Position numbers and translations under genes: made by a program. Shown piece after piece: positions 36,534 through 47,354 of a stretch of DNA of 64,000 nt. The DNA is from Nitrosopumilaceae archaeon (lineage in GTDB: Archaea; Thermoproteota; Nitrososphaeria; Nitrososphaerales; Nitrosopumilaceae). Within the stretch, counting starts at the first letter, position 1. The number at the start of each line of letters is the position of its first letter. Below the pieces are notes generated by a model that made no database searches, had not been told where the DNA came from, and saw nothing but the letters and a program-made list of their open reading frames with translations. The stretch is from NCBI GenBank assembly GCA_965207375.1, contig OZ242274.1, positions 928,001 through 992,000 on the forward strand. The letters run 5' to 3'.

Positions 36534-38364
36534 AGAAAATTTCAATCAAATCTCACCAAGTGAGTTTTTCTATAGGAACCGGGATTTGGCAGGATTTAGT
36601 ACCCCTACGCGCTCTTTGTATACTGCCGTGCGTGAATTTGTAGAAAACGCACTTGATGCCTGTGATCACAATGGGATATTTCCAGAAGTTCACCTGTCCA
36701 TCAAGGCAGTAGATGTTGACAAACCCGATCCTAGGCACTACATTTTGACTGTAAAAGACAACGGTCCGGGAATGCCTTCCAAAAACGTTCCATTAGCGTT
36801 TGGCACCGTCCTGTATGGTTCAAAATTTGGATTAAAACAGGCACGTGGCATGTTTGGTTTGGGTGCCACCATGGCAATTCTTTATGGACAAATTACTACA
36901 AACAAACCTGTACATGTTCAAAGCTCCACTGATGGACAGACAGCAGACGAATTTGACATTCTTTTAGACATTCAAAAAAACAAACCGATAATCCAAAAGC
37001 ATGTGACTAGGCAGGTCAAAAAACAAGGTCTGTCTGTTAGCATTTGTTTGGAAGGCGATTATTCAAAGGCAGGCTCTAAGATTAGAGATTATGTATATCA
37101 GACATCCTTGATTACTCCCTATGCCACCATTTCTTTTCATGATCCAAAGGATCAAAAATTCAAGTATACTAGAATGGTAAAAACAATGCCTCCTGCCCCC
37201 ACCATAATCAAACCTCATCCGTACGGCGTTGATGTAGAAACCATCCGCAGAATGATAATTGAATCCAATTTTACAATTCCAACTATTGACAATAAAATGA
37301 TTGAAAAGGTCAAAAAAGAGTTGAAATTGACAAAGAAAAGTTTTGACTTTGATAAAATTATGCAACAGGCATCAAAAAAATGGAAAAATCTTTCCAGACC
37401 GGTCAGAGTTATAATTGCATTGATGTCATTTCTCAAAATGGATTTTGACAAACTAGCAAAGATCAGAATCGATGATCTTGATGTTGCAAACAACAATGTA
37501 ACCTTTTGGAACTTTGGCGAATCTCAATCAATCTCTGTGGATTTGGATCCAAAAAACCCATATTACAAGCAATTAACAAACACTGTTCAAGGAGAATCAC
37601 TGTCATCCTTTTTGACAAAGCGCTTTCAACGAGTGGGACAAAAGACTGCGATAAAATTTGCCGAATTTACTGGATTTCGTCCTGAAAAGCGCATGGGCTC
37701 TATGACCAATGAGGAGTTAGTTACGCTTAGTGACTCACTCCAAAGATATGAGGATTTTGTATCTCCTGATCCTAGCTGCCTTGCTCCATTGGGCGAAGAA
37801 CCGCTTGAAAAGGGAATACAAAAATTCTTCAATCCTGATTTTTTAGCCGTAGTTCAAAGACCTGCATCTGCCTATTCGGGATTCCCGTTTGTAGTTGAAA
37901 TGGGAATTGCATATGGTGGAGATATTCAAACACGCGGAATCAAGACATATAGATTTGCCAATAGAATCCCACTGTTGTATGACGAGGGAAGCGACGTGGT
38001 ACTTAAAGTTGTAAATGACACCGACTGGTCCCGCTACAAAGTAAAAGGCGATCCTCCTCTAGTAATTGTAAATCATATTTGTTCTACAAGAATTCCCTAC
38101 AAAACTGCAGGCAAAGAAAACGTTGCAGACCGCAAGGAGATAGAACGTGAAATAAAACTGTGTTTGCAATACCTGTCTAGGAAACTTTCTGCATACATGT
38201 CTAAACGAGGACAGGCAGAAGCTGCTAAAAAACGAGCTAATCTGTACTCTAAATACATGCCATTGATTGCGCAATTTTGTACCGAACTATCAGGTAAAAA
38301 GAAGGAACCAAACATTCAGTCTATATTAAAGGAGGAGGCACCAATTGAAGAAAAGCAAAACTAA
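36523..38364 (+). CDS. top6B: DNA topoisomerase VI subunit B
   Basis: EFVENALDA, DNGPG, GSKF..QARGMFGLG, RFANRIPLLYD. Confidence 0.97.
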   Translation: MSFKENFNQISPSEFFYRNRDLAGFSTPTRSLYTAVREFVENALDACDHNGIFPEVHLSIKAVDVDKPDPRHYILTVKDNGPGMPSKNVPLAFGTVLYGSKFGLKQARGMFGLGATMAILYGQITTNKPVHVQSSTDGQTADEFDILLDIQKNKPIIQKHVTRQVKKQGLSVSICLEGDYSKAGSKIRDYVYQTSLITPYATISFHDPKDQKFKYTRMVKTMPPAPTIIKPHPYGVDVETIRRMIIESNFTIPTIDNKMIEKVKKELKLTKKSFDFDKIMQQASKKWKNLSRPVRVIIALMSFLKMDFDKLAKIRIDDLDVANNNVTFWNFGESQSISVDLDPKNPYYKQLTNTVQGESLSSFLTKRFQRVGQKTAIKFAEFTGFRPEKRMGSMTNEELVTLSDSLQRYEDFVSPDPSCLAPLGEEPLEKGIQKFFNPDFLAVVQRPASAYSGFPFVVEMGIAYGGDIQTRGIKTYRFANRIPLLYDEGSDVVLKVVNDTDWSRYKVKGDPPLVIVNHICSTRIPYKTAGKENVADRKEIEREIKLCLQYLSRKLSAYMSKRGQAEAAKKRANLYSKYMPLIAQFCTELSGKKKEPNIQSILKEEAPIEEKQN

Positions 38365-39451
38365 ACCCTCCTCTGTTTCTGCAAAAGAAAAACAAAAATC
38401 ATTGTTAGATCTATTAAAGCAACACGGTGCCACAGTTTACGACGATGTCAACGAGGGAAAATTTCCAAAATTTTCCATTCCAAGCAGATCTGTGAGCAAT
38501 ATTGTGTATGACGAAAAATTACGGCAGTACATTCTTGGAACCAACGCTGCCATTCGTAGCTCAAAAAACACATCCCAACTGCGCTCCTTTACGCAGCTAA
38601 TCTGGCTTGCCTTTTTTGCAAATAGGCTGACAAAGGAAAAAAAATCATCTACCCTGCGAGATGTTTACTATTCGTCTCAGGCATTTGCCGTAGAATTCGA
38701 AGATCAGTCCGAATCTGATAATATTATTGTAGATTTAGAAGCAGTACTTTCTAGACCTAGGGAGGATTTTCACATATTTCCTGAAGAGCGAAGCTCCATT
38801 TTTGGTGATTTAAACATTGAATATACCATTCCAGGCTATGAGGGCAAAACCATGAATCTATCTAATCATCCTGACGGCTATGCAATAGGGCCTAGTCTGA
38901 CCACTGCAGAATTACTTGATACTAGTGCCGACGTTGTCATTGCAATAGAGAAGGGTGGACTATTTACCAGATTCGTCGAAGAGCAGGTTGATAAAAAATT
39001 CAAATCCATAATTATCAACACAGGCGGTCAGGCGCCCCGTTCTACTAGGACTCTTTTAAAAAGACTACATGATGAAATGGGTTTGCCTGTTGTAATACTT
39101 ACTGATGGGGATGTGTATGGGGAGCACATTGCCATGGTGATCAAATCCGGTTCTGCAAATGCGGCCCATCTAAGAGAGCTTACAGTACCTGATGCAAAAT
39201 GGGTCGGAGTATGGGCATCTGATATTGAAAAATTCAAACTGCCAACCATTCCTATGACCGAGTCTGACATCAAACGCTGCTATGATCTGAAAAAGGATCC
39301 CAGATACAAAAAAGGTCTTTGGAAAAAGGAACTTGAGGTCTTTATAAGAATTAAAAGAAAGGCAGAACTAGAGGCGTTTTCTAAATATGGTCTTACAAAT
39401 ATCACCGACAAGTATCTTCCACACAAGCTGGAGATAGCTAAAACACTATGA
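38345..39451 (+). CDS. top6A: DNA topoisomerase VI subunit A
   Basis: STLRDVYY, IEK, TDGDVYG, KAELEA. Confidence 0.97.
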   Translation: MKKSKTKPSSVSAKEKQKSLLDLLKQHGATVYDDVNEGKFPKFSIPSRSVSNIVYDEKLRQYILGTNAAIRSSKNTSQLRSFTQLIWLAFFANRLTKEKKSSTLRDVYYSSQAFAVEFEDQSESDNIIVDLEAVLSRPREDFHIFPEERSSIFGDLNIEYTIPGYEGKTMNLSNHPDGYAIGPSLTTAELLDTSADVVIAIEKGGLFTRFVEEQVDKKFKSIIINTGGQAPRSTRTLLKRLHDEMGLPVVILTDGDVYGEHIAMVIKSGSANAAHLRELTVPDAKWVGVWASDIEKFKLPTIPMTESDIKRCYDLKKDPRYKKGLWKKELEVFIRIKRKAELEAFSKYGLTNITDKYLPHKLEIAKTL

Positions 39452-39916
39452 TCTCTTTATTCTCAGAGTAAGGACACCGTTTCTATATTTGAAATCAAAC
39501 ACCTGCATGTCGCTTGAACCCTCAATTGGAACCTCCTTTGAGAATCCGCCACTGCCTCTGATGTATAGTATGCCGTCAACTAGTCTGACCGTGATTTTAT
39601 CTTCGGGGCCAGGTACCTCTGCTACAAAAACAAATTCTCCCTCATCCTTTATCAGATCATACACCCAATTCTTGCTTTCCTGCTCTCTCATTGAATATTT
39701 TGGTTTTTGTTCTCTAGTCATTTTAATTAAAACCCGTGCCCAATAAAACATGGTTATTGCAGCACCCCCAATTAGGACAAAACTGACAAATCCGCCTCCT
39801 GAACGTTGCGTCATGACATAAATAATTCCCAAAAACAAAATGATCATTATCGGTATTACAAAATTCAGTGACTGTTGATTTGAATATGTTCCCTTGTAAG
39901 ATGCCAAGTAACACAA
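39446..39916 (-). CDS. Membrane-anchored Hsp20/alpha-crystallin domain protein
   Basis: Two TMs then VAEVPG...FSKEV...YRNGVL; start uncertain. Confidence 0.8.
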   Translation of the reverse strand: MCYLASYKGTYSNQQSLNFVIPIMIILFLGIIYVMTQRSGGGFVSFVLIGGAAITMFYWARVLIKMTREQKPKYSMREQESKNWVYDLIKDEGEFVFVAEVPGPEDKITVRLVDGILYIRGSGGFSKEVPIEGSSDMQVFDFKYRNGVLTLRIKRS

Positions 39917-39979
39917 ATTTCCTTTTAACCAAATATAAAGTATATTTGGTTTTTATTACCATATTTTCTAACTTTGTAG

Positions 39980-40213
39980 ATGGAAGAACCCGATTCTGCA
40001 AAACTCTCCATACAAGATCTCATAATGCGTGGTACCATAATGGCGTTAATCATTGCAGTTCCTTCAATTACTGTGTTTTTTGTCGCCTGGGTCATACTTG
40101 ATGATCTGCTTGTAGCGGCTATAATTGGCGCAATTGTTCACTTTATTGCAATGGGTTTTTCTTTAAAAATATCCAAAAAGTTTCTGGTTAAATCCCAAAA
40201 AAACGATCCCTGA
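39980..40213 (+). CDS. Small two-TM membrane protein
   Basis: Two hydrophobic helices. Confidence 0.75.
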   Translation: MEEPDSAKLSIQDLIMRGTIMALIIAVPSITVFFVAWVILDDLLVAAIIGAIVHFIAMGFSLKISKKFLVKSQKNDP

Positions 40214-40245
40214 TATTTAATAGTGAAACTGCATTCCAAAGTTAT

Positions 40246-40596
40246 ATGGACACATCTGAGATTGAAAAGAATCTAGTTGATCAAATTCATCTGGATTCTT
40301 TGTCTGCAAAGATATTCCTGCTAGTTACCTTGGAAGGCAAAATGACTGCAGATGATGTTTCCTCTAGACTCGATATTGCTCCAAAAAGTGCCGTTGAAAA
40401 GTGTCAATATTTGGTGTCTCAGGGGGGCTTTATTGACATGACTCCTGAATTTGAAGCGATGCATCCAAGGTTTACGGCTGTGAACATGTATCGCCGCATG
40501 TGTCAACGTGAAAATATAAAATTTGGACGCAACAAAATAGTTGACAGCATAGGCGTGCTTTTGGAACGCCATTATGAGGATGCAAGAACTAAATAG
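40246..40596 (+). CDS. TrmB-like HTH protein
   Basis: AKIFLLV..GKMTADDVS..L.I...LV..G..FEAMHP. Confidence 0.65.
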   Translation: MDTSEIEKNLVDQIHLDSLSAKIFLLVTLEGKMTADDVSSRLDIAPKSAVEKCQYLVSQGGFIDMTPEFEAMHPRFTAVNMYRRMCQRENIKFGRNKIVDSIGVLLERHYEDARTK

Positions 40597-40617
40597 AACT
40601 GAATCCGTTCAAGCCTC

Positions 40618-41007
40618 ATGAGCGAGTCTTGCAATCACCAACCTGTATACTTTGGCGTAATTAACATCAATATCGATGAGAAAACCATAGGCTCTGTAGA
40701 TGTGTGGCGCTGTGGTGCTTGCAAGAAAAAATTCTGTGAAGAAAAGCAATTGGGAATAGAGGCCATTGCAGATGTTGTCGGCATGCCCAAGATTGCAGCC
40801 GACGAGAAATGGGCTGTTTGTGTATGTAAGTTACAAAAAGTCAAAGACAAATGGAGACTAGTCCGACTACCAAAAGACGGGCAACTCAAACACGAGTGTC
40901 TAGATGATCAAGTAATTACACTTGATGTAAAAAATTATGCTATTGATGATGACAGACATTGGAGCTTTCTTGTAGACGATAATGTCAACAAGGCAGTTGA
41001 AATCTAA
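40618..41007 (+). CDS. Cys-rich hypothetical protein
   Basis: CNH, CGAC, CVC, HEC motifs. Confidence 0.75.
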   Translation: MSESCNHQPVYFGVININIDEKTIGSVDVWRCGACKKKFCEEKQLGIEAIADVVGMPKIAADEKWAVCVCKLQKVKDKWRLVRLPKDGQLKHECLDDQVITLDVKNYAIDDDRHWSFLVDDNVNKAVEI

Positions 41008-41010
41008 ATT

Positions 41011-41301
41011 ATGGCCCTAAATCTTCAGGTACATGTCAATGATGTTCATGGTAGCCAAATGGCTGCAAAAATCACCGGCAAATTTATTTTAGATAATCAT
41101 GAATTTCGATTTACTGCAATAGCTTTTGGCAGAATAGGAGGACAAAACATTGGCGCAACACTTTCTAAAGCAACCCAAACTCAACTACAAAAATTAGGCT
41201 ATGACTCTGAACAAGTGATACTTGATATTCAAAACAAACTGCTACAGGGCAACATGACTGTCCCTGAGGGTCTCAAACGAGAGTCTTTTGTTGATGATTA
41301 A
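41011..41301 (+). CDS. Hypothetical protein
   Basis: 96-aa [16 protein letters not shown]. Confidence 0.75.
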   Translation: MALNLQVHVNDVHGSQMAAKITGKFILDNHEFRFTAIAFGRIGGQNIGATLSKATQTQLQKLGYDSEQVILDIQNKLLQGNMTVPEGLKRESFVDD

Positions 41302-42089
41302 AATTCTGCCTCTTGCAGTGCCTTTTCACAGGCACATTCTCTGTGCTGGGGGATTTTGTCTATTAAAACTGCAAGTAATTTTTTAGTCTGTTGCACATTT
41401 TTAGATAATGTTTCTAGAACCTCTTTTGCAGTAACTGGCTTTTCTGCCCAAACATCATAGTCTGTAACTGTGGATATTGACACATAACACATTTGAGCCT
41501 CTCTTGCAAGCTGGCATTCTGGAACCAGCGTCATCCCAATAATGTCTGCACCTGTGGTTTTGTAGAATTTAGATTCTGCCTTGGTTGAAAATCTAGGACC
41601 TTCTATGCAAACATATGTGCAATCCTTGTGCATTGTGATTTTTTGATCATCTGCTACATCTAGTACGCATTTTTGTAATTCTGGACAAAATGGATCTGCT
41701 ACTGATATGTGAATCACCCTACCATTTTTGGCAAATGAATATTTTCTGGATTTTGTAAAGTCTATGAATTGGCTGGGTAGTACAAAATGAGTAGGCTCTA
41801 ATTCTTTTTTTAGGCTTCCTACTGCAGATGGTGCAATGATTCTTTTTACACCTAGTTCTTTAAACGCCCAGATGTTTGCCCTAAAATTTATCATGTGCGG
41901 CGGTATGGTGTGTTTTTTGCCGTGTCTTGGCAAAAATGCTATCCTCCTTCCGTTAAACTCTCCAATCGTTATTGTATCTGAAGGATTTCCATATGGTGTA
42001 TTGATTTGCACCTGCCTGCTGTTTTGTAATAGATCTGAATCATAAATTCCCGTTCCGCCAAAAATTCCAATTTCTACTGAATGCTCCAT
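41298..42089 (-). CDS. mtnP: 5'-methylthioadenosine phosphorylase
   Basis: GGTG, TPYG.PS, PRHG, AVGSL, EGPRFST.AES, GMT, TDYD; ATG 42089 overlaps apt stop. Confidence 0.95.
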   Translation of the reverse strand: MEHSVEIGIFGGTGIYDSDLLQNSRQVQINTPYGNPSDTITIGEFNGRRIAFLPRHGKKHTIPPHMINFRANIWAFKELGVKRIIAPSAVGSLKKELEPTHFVLPSQFIDFTKSRKYSFAKNGRVIHISVADPFCPELQKCVLDVADDQKITMHKDCTYVCIEGPRFSTKAESKFYKTTGADIIGMTLVPECQLAREAQMCYVSISTVTDYDVWAEKPVTAKEVLETLSKNVQQTKKLLAVLIDKIPQHRECACEKALQEAEF

Positions 42090-42601
42090 TAGTACCTTAC
42101 CAATGATTTGCAATTGTATTTGTCTAATTGTTTTCTTCCCTCAAGCTCCGTTAGTTCTATGATGAATGCAAATCCTGTGACTGTACCATCAACCTTTTCA
42201 ATCAGTTTTGCAGCAGCCTTTGCTGTTCCACCTGTTGCTAATAGATCGTCACAAATCAACACTCTTTCTCCTTTTTTGATAATATCCTTTTGTATCTCAA
42301 TTGTGTCTTTGCCGTATTCTGTTGTATATGAGGACTTGATGGTTTTACCGGGAAGTTTTCCTGTCTTTCTTATTGTTATCATTGCCTTGTTGTATCTAGT
42401 TGCTAAGATATTTGCAAGAATAAACCCCCTAGATTCAATTCCTGCAAAAACATCAATGTCTTTTTTGTGGAAATATTTCTCAAACTCGTCTGCCATATAT
42501 GACATTGCAGATGGCTGCTTTAGGATTGGACTAAAATCTCTAAATATTATGCCTTTTTTTGGGAAATCCTTGTATTCCGATATGTAATCTTCAAGATTCA
42601 T
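42089..42601 (-). CDS. apt: Adenine phosphoribosyltransferase
   Basis: [33 protein letters not shown]. Confidence 0.96.
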   Translation of the reverse strand: MNLEDYISEYKDFPKKGIIFRDFSPILKQPSAMSYMADEFEKYFHKKDIDVFAGIESRGFILANILATRYNKAMITIRKTGKLPGKTIKSSYTTEYGKDTIEIQKDIIKKGERVLICDDLLATGGTAKAAAKLIEKVDGTVTGFAFIIELTELEGRKQLDKYNCKSLVRY

Positions 42602-42640
42602 AGATTATACTAATTTTTAGAATAATAAAAACTGTATTAA

Positions 42641-44794
42641 TTATTTTAAAATAAACTGTGCGGTGGATGAATCAAATGCATCTGATGCAATAACTGTATA
42701 TGTTCCAGGCGACAGATCCCTTGGAATCGGCCATGGCTGCCTTATTACTCCTGCATCAGTAGCTTGAAATGTCAATTCATCTATCTCTTTTGATTCTGAA
42801 TCAAGAATTAGAATTTTTACCGTGTTTTGTGCACCTGTTACCCTGAGATTAACTACGTCTTTTCCTATCTCTGGAACGTCTTTGATTCCCTCTATTGTAA
42901 GTACCATGCCTTCTTGCACCGTGGCTATGACGTCTAATTCTGTAGTGTCAAAATTAGACCCACTTGTAGCCTTGACTTGCCACGCGCCTGAAATTCCATC
43001 TGAGGGTACTCTAAATGATCCTTCTGTTATCCTTCCATTCTTGTCTGTAAATGTCTCTTTTTCTTTTACGACCTCTCCATTTGGATTAATTAGTTGTAAA
43101 GTTATCAGTACGTTTGGATTTGTCTGACCCAATACTAGTATTGGATCATTTATTTCGTATGTGTCTTTTGTTGTTCCTATGTTGATTTCGCCGGAGCCTA
43201 TCTTCAATCCTACCGAGAATTTTTCACTAGTTTTTGTATTTGCTCTGCTTAGTATTATGTCGTATACTCCTGAAGCATACTTGTCCAAATCTAATTTGTA
43301 TTCTAATTTTCCATCCTGTTGCAAAACCACGCTACCTGAGAATTTCGCATTATCTGACGAATCTATTATGAACAATCCTAGTGTGGCCCCTGCAGGGCCG
43401 TCAATGTGTATGTTGGCAATATCTGATCTTTTATAATTTAATTTGTCTAGTTTAATTACGATGTGTTCTCGTGGCAGCTCTCCAAGACCTGTCAGCAATA
43501 TTTCCGTACTTTCACGCTGTGTTGCAAATAAAACATATGTTCCCTCCTGTGTTGATTGTTCTGTTTGATATCTAAATTCAACGTTTCCTGATTTGTTTAC
43601 TTGGATTATGTCTGAAAATATTTCCACTCCCTGTGGATTTTCTAAAACAAATTCGATTGGTTCCTCAGGAATTGCAGTACCGTTGAATATCATCAAATCC
43701 CCTGGTTCATATTTTAGCGTAGTTGGCGCCATCTCGATAATTTTTGATGATTCTACCTCCCAAGACGCATCTATATTTTCACTTCCATCTGTAATTATTG
43801 CGGTGTATTTGCCGTATGGGGCATCTTGCGGAACTATTGTTGAAAATTCCCACACTCCTTCCATATTTACAGGTCTAGGCTCGGTTGTAATGATGTCTCC
43901 TAATGGATCTAAAATTTGTGCCGTAATTGTACTTCCGGGCATGGCAGTTCCTGCAATATTTAGTGCATCTCCTCGATGTATGATATCTGGCAAACCTTTC
44001 ATTGTAAGCGGGATTATCTCTTCTGTAGTTATTCTGCTTTCCTTTTCATTAATTCTTAGACTGATCATTTTTTCATTATTGCTGGAATCTTTTACTTGGA
44101 AATTTATTCTGGAAGGTGCTAGGTTATCTGGAATCTTGCTTGTGATTACAAAATTGCCTTTTGAATTTGTCTCAAAAGATAACGCATTTGTCCCATCTAT
44201 GTAGAAATCCAATGCCACATTGGGTGCAAAATCTGTTCCAACTACTCTGATGGCGTCTCCTACCTTTGGTTTGTCTGGAATTATTCTAAATGATGATGCT
44301 TCTGTAATTGCATCCTGCTCTTCTTTGATGTCCTCTTTTGGAGGTGTTTCTATTTTTGGTGGCACCACATCAGGTTCTGCTGATTGCACTGTTCCTATTC
44401 CAATTTGATTTTCATCACTGTCTAGTGCCTTCCAATTTATCTTTGGATTTGCCGTGTCTGTTTTTATTCCAAATTTTACAGTTTCTTCTGGGTCTATTGG
44501 AGTAGATGCCGTAAATATGATTACTCCTATGGAGTTTTGCTTTCCTGTCCAGCCCTGCTCATTTTTGAAAGATTCAACTTTTACATCCTGAGCTAGCCAA
44601 ATTCTTACCTGATTAATTTTTTTATCTGACTCGTTTTCTAATTCTATAATTGTAGTTTTATCAAATGTGGTACTTTGGACATTTATCGCAGTCTGTGCAC
44701 CTGCCTCCATCAGCAAGGGTGTAGAAATCAAAGATATGATCAACAATAATGTTAATGCTGTACTTCTTGTCTGCATGTTAAATTTCATTTTCAT
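42641..44794 (-). CDS. Secreted multi-Ig-like-domain surface protein
   Basis: Signal peptide; repeated beta-rich modules ending G.Y.(I/V). Confidence 0.8.
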   Translation of the reverse strand: MKMKFNMQTRSTALTLLLIISLISTPLLMEAGAQTAINVQSTTFDKTTIIELENESDKKINQVRIWLAQDVKVESFKNEQGWTGKQNSIGVIIFTASTPIDPEETVKFGIKTDTANPKINWKALDSDENQIGIGTVQSAEPDVVPPKIETPPKEDIKEEQDAITEASSFRIIPDKPKVGDAIRVVGTDFAPNVALDFYIDGTNALSFETNSKGNFVITSKIPDNLAPSRINFQVKDSSNNEKMISLRINEKESRITTEEIIPLTMKGLPDIIHRGDALNIAGTAMPGSTITAQILDPLGDIITTEPRPVNMEGVWEFSTIVPQDAPYGKYTAIITDGSENIDASWEVESSKIIEMAPTTLKYEPGDLMIFNGTAIPEEPIEFVLENPQGVEIFSDIIQVNKSGNVEFRYQTEQSTQEGTYVLFATQRESTEILLTGLGELPREHIVIKLDKLNYKRSDIANIHIDGPAGATLGLFIIDSSDNAKFSGSVVLQQDGKLEYKLDLDKYASGVYDIILSRANTKTSEKFSVGLKIGSGEINIGTTKDTYEINDPILVLGQTNPNVLITLQLINPNGEVVKEKETFTDKNGRITEGSFRVPSDGISGAWQVKATSGSNFDTTELDVIATVQEGMVLTIEGIKDVPEIGKDVVNLRVTGAQNTVKILILDSESKEIDELTFQATDAGVIRQPWPIPRDLSPGTYTVIASDAFDSSTAQFILK

Positions 44795-44876
44795 AGCCTA
44801 TACACCTTGTCTGATTCCTAAATTGTTTTTGTACTGTTTGTATTTTTTAGTTGTGTTTCTAACTAGTATCATATCT

Positions 44877-46976
44877 TTAATCATTCCTATTTTTTGGCTT
44901 TTTATTAATCTCCTCTATTTTATCTGTGTTATTTTCGTACTGTCTGATTCTTTCTGCAATCAATCTATACAATGATCTAAATCGATCCTTGGTTTTATCG
45001 GACAAAAAGTCTGTTTGCTCTAGTGCTATTTTTTCACAGATATACCTTGTGATTTCATCTTTTTCAAATTTGCCCCATTCGTCCTCATAATGCTCATCCC
45101 AAATTTCTTTAAGATTTTCTAAAACTCCTCTGTTATTTTTTGACAGTACTTCCTCTTCTGTAAGCTTGGTGTATCCCTCTGCACGTAATTTGATTTCATA
45201 TGTTTGATTGACTGCATGAAGGTAGTCCTCTAAAATAATATAGTCTTCTATGGACTCTAACGTTTTTCCATCCCTTTCAAAAAATATCGTCTGTGCCTGT
45301 GAAAATGAATTTGCCTCTAGCTGTGCCGATATCTGCCGTGACTCATCTGTATTGTCTAATAAAACAAATGTCCTGTATCCGTGTTTTTTGTAGAAAATTG
45401 CTAATGGCAATACTGAATTTTTACTGTGCGCCGTTACCACATTTAAGGGATTCATAGATATGTTGGGATCTTGTAGGAATTTGTCAAAGGCATTTAGGTA
45501 CATCGAGTCTGACATTGTTTCTACTATGATGACTGGTCTAGAATTTGTTCCTATTTCTCTATCTGTTATAGATTCTACTATTCCGCGTGATAACCCATAC
45601 AGAATAGGAGTTAATGTCTTATCATCTGCATTCCAATAGTCGTAAAATATTCTACTGAGGTGTTTTCGTTTGTCTAATTCTACTACTAGCAGATTACCCG
45701 GCGTATAGTCAAATATCATAAACGGTGAGTGTGTTGCATACAGTACCTGATTGGATCCTGCTAGATTTCTTAACAAATCTGAAATTCCCATCTGTTGTGT
45801 AGGATGAAGATTTCGTGCAGGTTCATCTAATAATAAAATAGCCTCTTTTAATTCGGCTCTTTGCGTTTCGGCTGCAAAGTTTACAATAAATGAAAATGTC
45901 CATTTGAATCCTTCTGCTCTTCTGTTTAGCAAACCTGTGTTTGTGACTGTTCCGTCCCTATGTACATCAGAAATCACAACACTCATGATGTTTCCTGGAT
46001 TGTATCTCAAATCAACGTGAATAGGATCTCCCTTCCATGCAGGATTTAATTTGCTTGTTAATCTATTGCTTGCAGTGTGCAAATATTTGATCATTTTAGA
46101 TGGACTATCTTCTAACTCTTCTAACTCTTCTACGTTTAATTCTGCCAAATAGCACAGATTTCTTACAGTCTCTGCCTTGTCAAACTCTTCTACAAATTCT
46201 ATTGTGTTAGTCCGCCGTCCGGTCGTATCTCTTGCAAATTCATTGAGATTGATATTGCCATAGATTTTTTTATAATCTGAAAAGTATACAAATCTTGGAT
46301 GAATTTCTTCTTCAATAAAATTCTCTAGCATATTTCTTTCTGTTTTTCCACTAAGTAATCTTGGGAATTGACTTTCAGGATCTCGATAAATTTTCTCCCA
46401 TTCTGCAACTACTTGAGGATCTTGCATCGCTACTACGTGGAACCTATTGTTAAATTCTGCCATACCTTCATCAAAAATGTCCTTTGTTTTCGGTGGAGAT
46501 CCTTCAAAAAATCCTGCATCTAGCTGAATTTTTAGATGATTTGGAATAGTATCTACAAACTCTTTGATTTTTTTACAAAAATTCTCCCAAGAATTAAGTG
46601 CAGAATTTTCTGCCTCACTTACTTCTATGTCTGTAAATTCGTATTGCACCTTTGGATTTTTGTTAGTTCTAAATAGTTTCAAAGTCTTAATTTCTGGTAC
46701 CTTTGGGAATTTATCCTTGATTATACTAATCTCATTTTCATTTAGGTCAAACTCACCTTCTGCTAATCTAATTTCCTGTTTTAACTCATCTGCCATTTCA
46801 TCACACAAGTCAAGTTCTGAGACTTTTTCATCTTTATTTAACAAGGTTAACGCTTGCAAAATTGTGGTTTTTCCACTTTCATTGCGACCTACAAAAGCAG
46901 CAAGATCTCCAACATTAATTTCGCCAGAGTCATGAATGCATCTGTATGCTCTAACTCTGAATTTTCTGAGTCGCAT
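44877..46976 (-). CDS. OLD-like ABC ATPase with degenerate TOPRIM domain
   Basis: GRNESGKT Walker A, RAEG signature, LLLDEP..LHP, THSPF, IIVETMSD, LLDNTD. Confidence 0.85.
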   Translation of the reverse strand: MRLRKFRVRAYRCIHDSGEINVGDLAAFVGRNESGKTTILQALTLLNKDEKVSELDLCDEMADELKQEIRLAEGEFDLNENEISIIKDKFPKVPEIKTLKLFRTNKNPKVQYEFTDIEVSEAENSALNSWENFCKKIKEFVDTIPNHLKIQLDAGFFEGSPPKTKDIFDEGMAEFNNRFHVVAMQDPQVVAEWEKIYRDPESQFPRLLSGKTERNMLENFIEEEIHPRFVYFSDYKKIYGNINLNEFARDTTGRRTNTIEFVEEFDKAETVRNLCYLAELNVEELEELEDSPSKMIKYLHTASNRLTSKLNPAWKGDPIHVDLRYNPGNIMSVVISDVHRDGTVTNTGLLNRRAEGFKWTFSFIVNFAAETQRAELKEAILLLDEPARNLHPTQQMGISDLLRNLAGSNQVLYATHSPFMIFDYTPGNLLVVELDKRKHLSRIFYDYWNADDKTLTPILYGLSRGIVESITDREIGTNSRPVIIVETMSDSMYLNAFDKFLQDPNISMNPLNVVTAHSKNSVLPLAIFYKKHGYRTFVLLDNTDESRQISAQLEANSFSQAQTIFFERDGKTLESIEDYIILEDYLHAVNQTYEIKLRAEGYTKLTEEEVLSKNNRGVLENLKEIWDEHYEDEWGKFEKDEITRYICEKIALEQTDFLSDKTKDRFRSLYRLIAERIRQYENNTDKIEEINKKPKNRND

Positions 46977-47096
46977 CTAGCGATAATTGGATGGCTGCGA
47001 TTTAACTCATTCGTCACAATAATATGTCACAAGTAATCGAATTGTTCAACAGTAATTTAACAAATAGATATATGGGTTTAGTCAACCAAAACTAAA

Positions 47097-47342
47097 ATGG
47101 CACGTAAAACAGCATATCTTGTATTTTTGTTACCTGTCATAATTTCAGTACCTGTGGCAGCATATGTGTTAATGGATATTTTAGAGCAGCCAGATAGAGA
47201 ACTTGACATGTGGCCAATCGGCAGTGGAACCGGTCATGGTATCTCTGATCTTGTAAATATGTACGTATTTAATTTTAATATCTATGACAATTATTTAGAT
47301 AACAAGCAAACTAATTACAAATTAGTTTCAAACATGAAATGA
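47097..47342 (+). CDS. Small N-anchored membrane protein, possibly truncated
   Basis: TM helix then DILEQPDRELDMWP; 3' half is AT-rich and intergenic-like. Confidence 0.5.
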   Translation: MARKTAYLVFLLPVIISVPVAAYVLMDILEQPDRELDMWPIGSGTGHGISDLVNMYVFNFNIYDNYLDNKQTNYKLVSNMK

Positions 47343-47354
47343 GTTGGTGATATT

